Positions 1 to 12,714 of a stretch of DNA of 64,000 nt are shown here, piece by piece. Source of the stretch: Macrostomum lignano (taxonomy: Eukaryota); contig NIVC01001102.1 of assembly GCA_002269645.1 (NCBI GenBank), positions 186,001-250,000 of the forward strand, in the 5' to 3' direction. The notes under the pieces are model-generated. The model worked only from the letters and a program-made list of their open reading frames with translations, did no database searches and was not told where the DNA came from. Position 1 is the first letter of the stretch. Every line of letters starts with the position of its first letter. Both the position numbers and the translations under genes were made by a program.

Positions 1-39
1 TAAATCAACAAGAACATTATATGATATAGTATGCATAGG

Positions 40-300
40 AAGCATCATGTTAGACAAAAAATCATGTGTCATGTCAGGCATAAAATAAGCATCATGTCAG
101 GCAAAAAATCAGTGTCATGTCAAGCATAAAATGAGTGTTATATTAGGCATTATTAAATATGTGCCATGGTAGGCATAAAGTAAGCATTATGTCAAATATA
201 AAATGAGTGTCATGTCAGGCATAAAATAAGCCTCATGTCAGACATAAAATCAGCACCATGTCAGACATAAAAGAAGTGTGATATCAGACATAAAATATTT
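40..300. repeat. Degenerate ~29-bp AT-rich tandem repeat (atcatgtcaggcataaaataagc)
   Basis: Recurrent catgtcaggcataaaa / catgtcagacataaaa units. Confidence 0.6.
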
Positions 301-1530
301 CTTATTTTATATTAATATTGCCAAGGCAAATTTTAGACAAAACAAAATACTTATTAACTAAATAGGAGAATGCTTGATACAATGCCAATGGGAACCTAAT
401 TGACCAAGCAGAATTAAATGATTCAAGAGACAATTGCAACTGTTTTTATGAATTATATTCTCTCATAGTCATAAGGAATTCATGTAGGAGGTAAAACGGT
501 AAATAGAATTGCGATCGGGCCCCCTAATGGAGAGCAATTGTGCTAGTTATCATACTATAATTTAAATGAAATTTTTGCTCTGACTATAAAAATAGCCCTT
601 GTGTTTCCTACACCCAGTGACTATAAAATAGCCCCCCCCCTAATAGTTTTGCCATTTATACTATACAGTTACATTACGTAAAGACACTAGGCCCAGATAG
701 TGTCTTAGACTTATAACCTTATATTGACTAAAAATAACAGTTTTGCTTTTTATATGGTCACATATTTACAAATAACAACTGCCAAAATCCCTACCCATAA
801 AATGAAACTCTGTCTGTGTACAAATGGGCTCCAAAACTGCTCAAGCTCAAACAAATTAAACCAAATTTTGTGCCCACCCCGCCTAAACTCACTATGGAGA
901 AGGTCTTAGGCTACCTTAAATTTTTTTAGGTATTATATAAATTTGTATAGTCTATAGATCTAGATTTTTCTAAATTGATAGGCCTGACTTGATACAATAG
1001 ATTTAGTCTGACTTCATGATCATGGTCATCTTCCTTGTCTTCGACTCTTCTCTAGCCTCAGCTACTTTACAAACACAAGCAAAGCTGCTGCTGCAACTGC
1101 AAGACACACCATTGTATTAAGGCCAGAGTTCTTTCTTAGAACTAAATTCTTAAAAATTTTAAATTAAATGATTTTTTACAGGATCCTGTTATGAACAAGG
1201 TACACGTGTGTACACAATTAACTAGATCAAAATTTCAGTTCTGAGACAAGAATCAGAGCCTAAACATATGCTATTTTGAAAGTAAATGTCTTTTTAAAAA
1301 TTTTTTGTTGAATTTAAAAAAAACTGTTGTTTCGTTGCAAATATCTATAGTTAAAATTGTTATACGCTTATAATAAACACCAAGCACCGATTTAACAAGC
1401 TAAAATACACGAAATAAGAAATATCTGGATTGGCTTTGGCAGTTTTGGCAGGGTTAGCTAAGCAGTTCATTTTCTTTTACGCCGCAAATTAAAAATATTT
1501 GTGCGACATAATTGAACAAAAAAAACTACA

Positions 1531-4500
1531 ATGTCTAAGGATCGAATCAATGTTTTCCCTTCGCGAATGTAAGTATACAATGAAATTAAGCTCTTGCAAG
1601 TTGCATCTCATATCTTGTCTCTTTTTTAATAGACCTACTATTGGGTCTAAGTTTCTTAGTTCCATTAGTTAAGTTTAACAGATTTTGTATATATTTGTTA
1701 GTAATTTATAAAATTGTTCTTAAAATTGATAATTATATATTGCAACAATATTTTTAATTCATTAATTATAATTGATCATTTAATTTAAAGTTTATAATAA
1801 TAAATTTACCCTTTTAAGTCTTCTTTCAGTTTTTCTTGATTGAAGGGTCCTTTGCCGTCATTGACATTGATCATATAAGATATTCTAGATTTTTCAGCAT
1901 TCTTTTGTCTTACAATGCCCAAAATTGTATCTGTTTTGTCTTACGATGCCCATGTTAAATAAGCAAGAAGGGTTTAAAAATGTATACTTTACAACGGAAG
2001 AGAGCAGTGTTTCAGAGGTCTTAAATTCAGTCACACAGTTGGTTTGTACTTCTAACTGTATTTCCACAGAAATGTCACGACTCACATGCTTTAACATTGT
2101 GTCCGCCCTCATTAGCAACTGAAGCTATCAAGCCATTGGCATTATAAAATATAATCCATTTCGTTTTATGATGCCTTATGAATAATTACAACGTCTATGA
2201 AATGGATATTATAGCGGTACTCTCGGACTCAAACTCATACATTACACAAAGAGTCTTATGAATTGATAAAAAAGAGGAGACAAAAGCGGTAAACCAATTT
2301 AAGGACCCAAAGTAACCCTCTCACTTTCGTTTTGCAATGCCCATAATGGACTAAATTACACCAAAGGCATCGTAAAATGAAACAGAATATATAGCTTGCC
2401 TTTCATTAATGAACAATAATCTATCAAGTATACATAATACAAAATACATGTATAGCCATAAAATGAAAATTATACAGAAACTACAGCATCATGCCTATGC
2501 CATATGCTTTCTATGGGCATCGTAAAATGAATGGGGGCCATCCCATTGAAATGCATAGCAGGCATTGTAAGACAAAAGAATGCCAATTTTTCTAGCTTAA
2601 ATTTGGGTTGTTATTGTATGAATATTAGATGATTTGCTAAAAACCTTTTTGTATACACAAACACCTGTAAGTGCTAGCAGCCCAAACCAGTTCATTAGTG
2701 CACACTGCCCCTCCCCAAAGGACACATAAGACACAGAGCTGGCAAGCAGACAAGGTGAGAGAGCCTGGCAATGGAGCCCCCAATACTAAACAAAAGCAGA
2801 TGCTAAAGGAATGTGCAAAGGCAAAAGGGCAAAGGTGATCAGCACCTAAAAAGCAAAGCAACTACTAGTTTCCAAGCGACACTGAAAGCTGCATCGCCAG
2901 GCAACAAATATTAGTTCACTGCATTGCTGCCCCAGTTGCCCGCACTCTAGATTAACTGACAAACTAAAATGTGTCACCTAAGTAGCTGCACCCTTCCACA
3001 AGCTGTGCACGGAGTAGCCTGCCACACTGATGCCACCTTATTAAGCTGGCATTTAAACTATACATTCAATATCTGAGATATCAGAGATGCACTACTGGCT
3101 AAACTGCCTGAGATGGGGAATAGGCCCTGCTGCAATAGCTTCAATGATTGCAACAAAGATGATCTTGCAGTGCCGCAACAGGACAGAGTGGGTGACTGGG
3201 CATCAGCTGCAGCAGCAGCAGTACCCTATGGCTCCTGTCAAACTCGTTGCTTTCCTATAGCTGGATAGCAAAAGCAGACCAACCTTACACTCCAACTAAG
3301 AACTAAGCTATAGCAGAAAAAGATCAATGTGCCCAACAGGCAATAGGCTAGACTTCCTAAACATGCCCTACTAGGTGCACATGACTACAACCCAGCAGGC
3401 AGCTTGGGCTAGGTTCAAGCAGTCAGCTTAGTGACGCAGCCTTGTTAAAAACTTGGGAGACATAGACAGCTTGCAGCTTGGCTCTGTCCCAAGCTTGCAC
3501 CTGGCTAACTACAGCACCAGGTGCAGCAATGAATGCTTGGTCAGATCTGGCACCCCTGCCAGCTAGAAGTTGGTAGAGAAAATGCTAATGTGCACCCGGA
3601 TTCTGCCAAAGGAGCTAAGCTGGCCATCTATGAGTCGGGCAACGTAATTCACGAGGTCCTTTGCCCAGTAGCAGAGCAGGTTGAGCTGCCACTCAGATGG
3701 TAGATGATTGCAACTTCTTGGATGATGAGGCATAGGCCTGCTGGAAAAGCTTGGTGGCATCTTCGAGAGACTTAGGAAGGCGACCTGCAAAAGGGAGAAA
3801 GGCATTGATAAGAAGGCTGAGCACATGACTAGCAGTAGGCTTGTAGGCTAACACAAAATGTTGCATAGGCTTACAACACAAATATCAGCAATTCATAACT
3901 GCAGTGCAGATATAAAGCTGTGTCAGCAAATAGCGAGAACTGGCCAGGCACATGATAGGCAGTAATAATCACATTCTGCTTCAAGCAAAACAAAGCAACA
4001 GTTTGCAGTAGCTGCAGTAACTGGAACTCCCTGGAAGACCCCTTGTTGATGATTGCGCAGGTGGCAGCGTTGTTGCAATAGACAGCAACCTGGCAATTGT
4101 CTGGCAGTTGTGCAGCTGATAGCGCCAGCGCAGCAAGGCCAACAGGACTGCAGCAGCCTCTTTGTAGCTGATTTAGCACTTGCTGAAGACGCCGCCAGCA
4201 TCAACATCCCACTTCAGGTAGCACCAGTCAAAACTAGCCGAGTCATGCCAAAGAAAACCAAAGCTTCCATTGGCAAACAAACATATTGACCACGCGACTT
4301 TCAGGCTGGTTGTAGTCATGAATAAGCTATATGCCTCCACCCAACTTGGGAATGGTGCCTAGGGCCCTCACAATCACTGGCTTTACACAAACACAATATC
4401 TGCCCATCTGCAGCTCTTCATAAACTTGAGCCTGAACACTGGCACAGTCATACACGCACAACCTCCAAAATTCATTTGGCTATGCGACTTAGTTTCAACA

Positions 4501-7500
4501 AAAATGCGACATAGTTTTTTGCTTAAAATGCAACTTACAGGTAAAAAACCCTAAAGCAAAATTAACCCAACTTTGGGTAAATGGCAGGAGTATTTATAAC
4601 TGTCTTATTAAGCCAAAATGCCTCATCAGCTACTTAGTTTTACTACTTGGGTGTTTTTTCAGGTGGGCATTTTCGGCCGACTCAGCCAACTGTTGCACAT
4701 GTATGGGCACAGTGCTGACTAATAGATCCATAGTTATCTTGCTCAATAGTGTCAATGGTGCAACTGATATTCCTAATGTTGAAACCCTCCTTCATACTAG
4801 AGAGAACAAACTGCGTGAGCTCCGCTGGCATCTCGGTGTTGGCTAGGTCCAAATGCCAAGCTTCAAAGTGCAAGTTGGTAGGGAAGGTTCCGCCTGAGTT
4901 GCCCTCATGATGGCTTTATCAAAAGCAGCAGCAGGGGTAGGCAACTCAATGTTAAGAGACCCCTGCTGCTGAACCCCACCCATTAGTTTTTTGCCATCGA
5001 GCCACCCTTTATCCAATCCATGGAAGGTGGCCTCCAAGTTTGCCTGGCCGCAGCATAGACAACAGTGCGTGAACCAGCACAGATTGCAGTGGCAGCCGGA
5101 CAGTCTGTTGTAGTCAAAGCAGACTGTTTGCTTTGGTGCTGGCCTAGCTGCAGCACCAGCCTGCCGCTGCAGACCCAGTGTCATCAAGTGCACCGCCATT
5201 AGTCCAAGGTCAGTCACTGAGCTGTCCCAGGCGCTGGCACCCGCCTGCTGTATCCTGAACTCGTCATCGTAGCGCAACACGCGACTGCGGTTGAAATTGA
5301 GGTCAAGGAGGTTGCCGATCTTGGCTATGTGTTTCAGGTACTCAAGCAACTCAGATATGTTAATGGCGCCATCTCTGAGAACCAGAAGCCTGCCATCCTT
5401 CAGCATCTGCATCAGTGCATTTGCATTCCTAATAATCCAGTCACCAATAGACAGACTGTCTAGAATGAACTGCTTCTCTGCCTAGCTTGATTTGTGATTT
5501 GTGACAGCCGCTTCTGAGTGCTGATAAAGTCTAGCACCCGATACATGCTCAGATGCTACTGTCCTGGCTGCTGCACCCACCTCATTTGCCCCTCCAGTTG
5601 TGGGTCCCAACACCAAGTCCTCAAGGCATGAGTACTCACTGGGTACCGCAACATTTAGTGGTCGCCACAGTTGCTCATCAACTTGGCTGGCTAGCTGCTG
5701 GATCTTAGCCTCCATGTGCGCTTGATCATTGCAAATCATCAGCAGGTGCAGCTGCTTCTCTGCTTCCAGCAGCTCCTAGTCCAGGTCGTCAGTCCCATGA
5801 GTCTCCTGCCGCCTTCTTATCCTCTTAAGACATCTTGCTAAGCTTCCGCCTCCTTGGATGATCGCTGCTGTCACAATCATCAATGAGTCCAGAGATTGAT
5901 GCTGATTGGACTTCTGCTGAGTCTCGTGCCTCCGCCTGTTGGAGTTTCCTACAAGGTGTGTTTGTTTCCAGCAGTATGCAGGCCTCTTGCACGCAAGGCA
6001 GTCCACAGCTCCTTTATAGTCATTGGGCTGTGTGACATGACTTAGGAGTCCAAAAATTTTTTCAAGTGCTTAGCAAGACACAAACTCAGCTAGCCCGCAG
6101 GCATAAAAACCCTCCTGAGGGAGGGAGGTAGGCCCAAGCCAGGGGTTTGGCAGTGTACACAAACCAGTTCATTTTAGCATTGGCCCCCTATCTGTATGAT
6201 ATAAAATATATAAGCCCCATGAACAGCCAAGGCCATATAATCATTTATATCAATGTATCCTAATGCTACTTTGAGCCAAATGAGGCCATATTACACTATT
6301 TCTTTCAAAAAAGTGTCACTATTGGCTAATTGTAAAAATGGCACATTTTCCTATAGATAGAGTGACATAAAGAAAACTAAGATCACCATTTTTCCAATGT
6401 CTTTAATCTTTAATTAACTGTCTCTTTTGCAAATATTTAAACATGTTATGTTTTTAAATGCAATATCTGAACCATTTACTAAAATTTTACTAAAAGAAAC
6501 AGACTATGAAAAAATCCAAAGCCTAGAAAAAACATACAACTTAGCATAAAAAGTTTTCTTTTAAAATTTTCTAACAATATTACAAAGTTATATTTTCCAT
6601 TTTGATTGGAAGTATTGTAGTTGCTCCAGGGACATAAATGGATTGTTTTAACAATTTTTCTGGGAAAGATCCAATACTGTGAGAAGTAAAGATTGTTTTT
6701 AAATCATTGCTTTCTCATTTAACAGGGCGCACACTTTGATGAAAGGTCGCCTTCAAGGGGCACAGAAAGGTCACAGTCTGTTGAAGAAGAAAGTGGATGC
6801 TTTGACATTCAAGTTTCGTGAAATTCTCAAGCAAATTATCGAGGTAAGGACGTTCATAGCAACTAGCTTGTTAATGTGGATTGATCTGTTAAATTGTATT
6901 ATGCTCCTAAATCGAGAACCCCTCCCTAGTTCCCAATCCCCATCAACAAACCCAGAATCAATGCCAAAAATCTCATAAAATCTTTAACCAAGAATCCCAA
7001 AAATCGCTCTTAAAAAATTCCCCTAAAATTCCCTTAAGAATCCTTATAATGTAACCCCTGAAATCCCCATCAAGAGTCCTCCTAATATCCCACTAAGAAT
7101 CCCATAAACTCCCCATCAATAATCCTATAAACTCCCCATCAATAATCCTCATGATTAGTACCCTAAAACCCACAAAAATCCCCATCAAGAATCACTGTGA
7201 TAAATCCCATGAAACCTACTAAAACCCTCATGAAAAATCCCAGGAAACCCACTAAAATGAAGAATCCCCATGATAAATCTCATGAAACCCACTAAAACCC
7301 TCATGAAAAATCCCAGGAAACCCACTAAAATCCCCATCAAAAACCCCCTCGATAAATTCCATGAAACCCACTTAAATCCCCACCAATAATCCCCATGATA
7401 AATCTCATGAAACCCACTAAAATCCCCACCAATAAATCCCATGATAAATCCCATGAAACCCACTAAAATCCTCATCAATAAATCCCATGGTAATTCCCAT

Positions 7501-9041
7501 GAAACCCACTAAAATCCTCATCAATAAATCCCATGGTAAATCCCATGAAACTCACTAAAATCCTCATCAATAAATCCCATGATAAATCCCATGAAACCCA
7601 CTAAAATCCTCATCAATAAATCCCATGATAAATCCCATGAAACCCACTAAAATCCTCATCAATAAATCCCATGGTAAATCCCATGAAACTCACTAAAATC
7701 CCCATTTGTCTGGCCTATTTGCAGACAAAGCAGGTAATGGGCGATGCCATGAAGGAGGCGGCCTTCTCCCTTGCCGAGGTGAAGTTCGCCACAGGTGACA
7801 ATATCAATCACACGGTGCTGCAGAATGTGTCCAGAGCCCAGATCAAGATCAAGACTAACAAGGACAACATAGCCGGAGTCACGCTGCCAATATTCGAGCC
7901 CTACGCTGATGGCGGCGACGCCTTCAACCTGACTGGACTGGCGCGAGGCGGGCAGCAGATCGCCACGCTGAAGAAGCACTACGCCAAAGCTGTTCGTCTG
8001 CTGGTTAAGCTGGCCTCTCTGCAGACTTCGTTTATCACTCTGGACGAAGTTATCAAGGTTTGATTGGTTGTCTTGATCGTGTGTTGGATATCACATGCTC
8101 CGCCAGATTCTCGGGTGGAATATGAGCTGATCTCCTCAGATCCTTAGATAAGATAATCCTTCCCAGATCCTCAGGTGGGATAATCTTCCCCAGATCCTCA
8201 AGTGGGATAATCTTTCCCAGATCCTTAGGTGAGATCACCATATCCTTAGGTGGGATAATCAGATCCTAAGGGGGATAATCAGATCCTCAGGTGGGAAAAT
8301 CACATTCTCAGTTGTGAGAATCAGATCCTCAGTTGGGATAATATTCTCAGGTGAGATAATCACCCTCAGATGGGATAATATTCTCAGTTGTGAGAATCAG
8401 ATCCTCAGTTGGGATAATATTCTCAGGTGAGATAATCACCCTCAGATGGGATAATATTCTCAGTTGTGAGAATCAGATCCTCAGTTGGGATAATATTCTC
8501 AGGTGAGATAATCACCCTCAGATGGGATAATATTCTCAGTTGTGAGAATCAGATCCTCAGTTGGGATAATATTCTCAGGTGAGAAAATCACCTTAGGAGG
8601 GATAATCATCCTCAGGTGGGATAATCACATATTCAGTTTGGATAATCACATATTCAGTTTGGATAATCAGATCTTCAGGTGGGATAATCATCTTCAGGTG
8701 GGATAATCACATCCTCCGGTGAACCAAAGCGGTAGTAACCAATCCCCAAAATAGACAGCTAGTCACACTCACACACACAAATCCAGGTGACCAACCGCCG
8801 TGTGAACGCCATCGAGCACGTGATCATCCCGCGCATCGAGAACACGCTGACTTACATCAGCCAGGAGTTGGACGAGCGCGAACGCGAAGAATTCTACCGA
8901 CTAAAAAAAGTGCAAGAGAAAAAGAAGAGGGACCGCGCCAAGAAGGAGGCCGAGGCCAAAGCCAAAGGAGCGGATTTGTTGGATGGCCCTGGCAGCCTGT
9001 TGGAGAAGGAAGTGGACCAGGACCTGCTGTTTAATGACTAG
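1531..9041 (+). CDS. ATP6V1D: V-type proton ATPase subunit D, 247 aa; exons 1531-1568, 6726-6843, 7725-8057, 8787-9041
   Basis: Spliced product [35 protein letters not shown]...[10 protein letters not shown]...[20 protein letters not shown]...[15 protein letters not shown]...DLLFND matches recalled family motifs. All introns are GT-AG with consistent phases (2,0,0); 744 nt total. Exon 1 is too short for the ORF track. Confidence 0.97.
1896..2584. mobile_element. Non-autonomous DNA transposon (MITE), ~690 bp, in ATP6V1D intron 1
   Basis: Perfect 23-bp TIR gcattcttttgtcttacaatgcc (1897-1919) / ggcattgtaagacaaaagaatgc (2561-2583); subterminal copies of ttacgatgccc/gggcatcgtaa; candidate 8-bp TSD gatttttc (1888-1895) / aatttttc (2585-2592). 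Confidence 0.8.
2640..6180 (-). mobile_element. Decayed DIRS/Ngaro-type tyrosine-recombinase retrotransposon in ATP6V1D intron 1
   Basis: Minus-strand order: gag (YDDEFR...W...[18 protein letters not shown]), RT start (W..L......MKEGFNI), RNase H ([18 protein letters not shown]), integrase N-terminal region ([12 protein letters not shown]), YR remnant ([11 protein letters not shown]). Many stops and frameshifts. A short aaaccagttcatt motif recurs near both ends. Confidence 0.85.
6930..7705. repeat. Minisatellite in ATP6V1D intron 2 (cccatgaaacccactaaaatcctcatcaataaat-type)
   Basis: Visible tandem copies up to ~20 nt before the exon-3 acceptor. Confidence 0.9.
8110..8725. repeat. Minisatellite cagatcctcaggtgggataat in ATP6V1D intron 3
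   Basis: Tandem copies; reverse complement of the 9.6-10.5 kb array. Confidence 0.9.
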
Positions 9042-9584
9042 TTCAGTGACTTCAATTGATACACACGTCAGACGATGGAGAAAAAATAGGAAGTAACAAA
9101 AACATTGTCGCCTACTGGAAGTAGAGTAGTAAGAATCTTATTATATATTATGCAAAATGAAAATTGTTTCTGTTCCAAGTTAAATAACACTTAAAAATAC
9201 TTGATGCATAATACTGCAATAGTTGTTATTGCTATAATTATTCGCCCATCTCTGTCGTTGTCATTTCGTATTATATTGCTCGTCAATTATTTGATTTATT
9301 AACTATTCATTGTGGTTATTAGTGACACTAAATTAAGCAGATCACAGTTGCTTAAATTGATGATTAAGTAATTTGACACAATAAATGCAGATTGTTATTC
9401 TGAATTATTCTTTGGTAGTTTTTTTCAGTTTTATTGTTTGTTTGAATCGTTGCTGTCCAGCACAATAAATAATTATACAATTCTCGCATCATCTTAGCGT
9501 AATCATTAATTATTGTTAGAATTTTACTCCTGTTTGCTTTAAATCTTTTCGTTTTTATTTCATAATCCTAGATTTACGGTGTGA

Positions 9585-10490
9585 TTATCCCATCTGATAA
9601 TGTGATTATCCCATCTGAGGATGTGATTGTTCTATCTGAGGATGTGATTGTCCCACCAAAGGATCTGGGGGAGGTTATGATTATCCCACCTGAGGATTTC
9701 GGGGAGGTTATGATTATCCCACCTGAGGATTTGGGGGAGGTTATGATTATCCCACAGGAGGATTTGGGGGAGGTTATGATTATCCCACCTGGAAATCTGA
9801 GGATCTGGGAATGATTATCCTACCAGAGGATCTCTGAAGGATTATCCCGTCTGAGGATCTGGAAGGATTATCCCACATGAGGATCTGGGAATTATTATCC
9901 TACCTGAGGATCTCTGAAGGATTATCCCACCTGAGGATCTGGGAAGGATTATCCCACCTAAGGATCTGGGAAGGATTATCCCACCTGAGGATCTGGGAAT
10001 GATTATCCTACCAGAGGATCTCTGAAGGATTATCCCGTCTGAGGATCTGGAAGGATTATCCCACCTGAGGATCTGGGAATTATTATCCTACCTGAGGATC
10101 TCTGAAGGATTATCCCACCTGAGGATCTGGGAAGGATTATCCCATCTGAGGATCTGGGAAGGATTATCCCACCTGAAGATCTGGGAAAGATTATCCCACC
10201 TGAGGATCTGGAAGGATTATCCCACCTGAGGATCTGGGAAGGATTATCCCACCTGAGGATCTGAAAAGGATTATCCCACCTGAGGATCTGGAAGGATTAT
10301 CCCACCTAAGGATCTGGGAAGGATTATCCTACCTGAGGATCTGGGAATGATTATCGCACCTGAGGATCTGGGAATGATTATCCTACCTGAGGATCTCGGA
10401 AGGATTATCCCACCTAAGGATCTGGGAAGGATTATCCTACCTGAGGATCTGGGAAGGATTATCCCACCTGAGGATCTGGGAGAAGATGAG
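9585..10490. repeat. Minisatellite gattatcccacctgaggatctgggaag downstream of ATP6V1D
   Basis: Tandem ~23-24-bp units. Confidence 0.9.
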
Positions 10491-11059
10491 ATAACCCATC
10501 TTAGTATGGGATTATCCGAAATGAGGAACTACTGGGTGAGGATTTGATTATCCCTAATAAACCAAGGATTACACTCAGCAACTTGTTAAAATTCCTACTG
10601 TTCTCAGAGTTCAGTAATCAGTCACAAGTGTGACGCGATTCACACAACAGCCCCGCGGTTCTCGTCTCAACTGCAGGTGATGCCATGTGGGTTAGTGAGG
10701 AGAGTGGAGAGTTATGGCTAAAGTTGGGTTAAATCTGCCATTCTTGCAATTCTCATAAACTGGTTTCAGGGAGGACTCTTTGTGACATGTTGCTGGGTGT
10801 GCATGTATATAGCGCTTCCTGCATGTACTGTACATGTACGTCGGCTACTGGAGTGCACTGGCCGGTGCTGATGCAGGTTTTTTTCATGCCAGGTCTTCGC
10901 GACCACGTCCTGCAGCTCTCAAGAGACACTGCATGAGACCCTGAACAACCAACAGTTCTCAGTTCCTTGAGCAAGTTCTTCCTCTCGTTGCAATGAAGCT
11001 ACGAATATCGAGAAAATTTCCAACGTGAATCGCTCGTTAAGTACTTGGAGATGGGGCAT

Positions 11060-11430
11060 TTCTATATTTTGGTTTTCGGAGTTGTGATATTTCTGGTTTG
11101 TGACATTTCGGGTCTCCGATATTTTCGGGTTTATGACATTTCGTGTTTGTGTGATAGTTCGGAGTTGTGATATTTCGGGTTTGTGACATTTCGGAGTTGT
11201 GATATTTCGGGTTTGTGACAGTTCGAAGTTGTGATATTTCGGGTTTTTGACTGTTTGAAGTTGTGATATTTCAGAGTTCTGATATTTCGGGTTTGTGATA
11301 TTTCGGAGTTGTGATATTTCGGGTTTGTGACAGTTCGAAGTTGTGATATTTCGGAGTTGTGATATTTCGGGTTTGTGACAGTTCGTAGTTGTGATATTTC
11401 GGAGTTGTGATATTTCGTGTTTGTGATATA
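11060..11430 (-). repeat. Inverted orphan copy of the 16-bp array/subterminal region of the 12121-12714 element
   Basis: gatatttcgggtttgtga units and ctatattttggttttcgga match the reverse complement of the 12.2-12.6 kb sequence. Confidence 0.75.
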
Positions 11431-12120
11431 AACTTAAAGCTCTGAACTTAGAATGTTAGAAATTTAATTAGTTTTGTTATCAATTTATGCATTATTACTG
11501 GATAAGGCAACATTGTATCCAAGGGATCATCACAATGTCAAAGAGAAATAAATTTACACGCAAGTCTATAGGTCTTTTAGAGTAAAGGGTCCATGCTATT
11601 TACACATACGCTCCGACATTTATGGAGTCTAGAGTGAAATTGTGTATTTGCAGGGCTCAAATATGGTGCGAGACACTTTACAGCTGTACAGAAATGCAGT
11701 TCTATTGAGCACTGCATGCTGTGCTCAGCTGTACATTGGCTGCAGACACCACTGGCAACTCGAGTTTGCATGCGCACACGCTCACAAAAACCAACTCAAA
11801 ACTATCTCCGTGTGTGTGTTTGTGTTTATCTTCTCAAAGCTGCATTACAGGCGCACGAGGTGAGTTGAAAACGTGCTCACATCTGTCATTTTATGACTGG
11901 AGTCTCTCCGCTCACTCGGACAACTCGCAGTAGAACAGGCTCCGCCGTGCCAAGATAGACAATTATTTGCTGCTCTTGCGGTCAGGGACGCTTAAACTTA
12001 GACACCTGGACTGGGACTGGTATATCTGAGCTAATTTTAGTAGTTTGCTAAAAACTTTATGCCGATATACCATTCTCAAACTCTAAACGAAAAAAGTTAT
12101 AATCACGTGTTTTGTATTAA

Positions 12121-12714
12121 CTGCAGTGCCGGGTCGCTATCAAAAACCCGAAAAATCACAACTCCGAAAGCACTTCCCATCATAAACCCGAAATATCACA
12201 AACCCGAAATATCACAAACCCGAAATATCATAAACCCGAAATATCACAAACCCGAAATATCACAAACTCGAAATATCACAAACCCGAAATATCACAAACC
12301 CGAAATATCACAAACTCGAAATATCACAAACCCGAAATATCACAAACCCGAAATATCACAAACTCGAAATATCACAAACCCGAAATATCACAAACCCGAA
12401 ATATCATAAACCCGAAATATCATAAACCCGAAAAATCATAAACCCGAAAAATCATGACCCCGAAATATCACAAACCCGAAATTGATAGCAACACACATCA
12501 TAAACCCGAAAAATCACAACTCCGAAAAACAAAATAGCAATGCGCATCATAAACCCGAAAAATCACAACTCCGAAAAGCGCTTCCCATAATAAACCCGAA
12601 ATATCATAACTCCGAAAACCAAAATAGTTCGGGTTTGACATTTCGGGTTTATGATGGGAAGCGCTTTTCGGAGTTGTGATTTTTCGGGTTTTTGATAGCG
12701 ACCCGGCACTGCAG
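12121..12714. mobile_element. Foldback-like MITE with ~75-bp TIRs and an internal 16-bp tandem array (aaacccgaaatatcac)
   Basis: ctgcagtgccgggtcgctatcaaaaacccg... (12121) is the reverse complement of ...cgggtttttgatagcgacccggcactgcag (12714). No clear TSD. Confidence 0.8.

Noticed and set aside
6736-6978. ORF-track start MMKGRLQ as the ATP6V1D N-terminus
   Set aside because: The true start is the 38-nt exon at 1531; the ORF's tail reads into intron 2.
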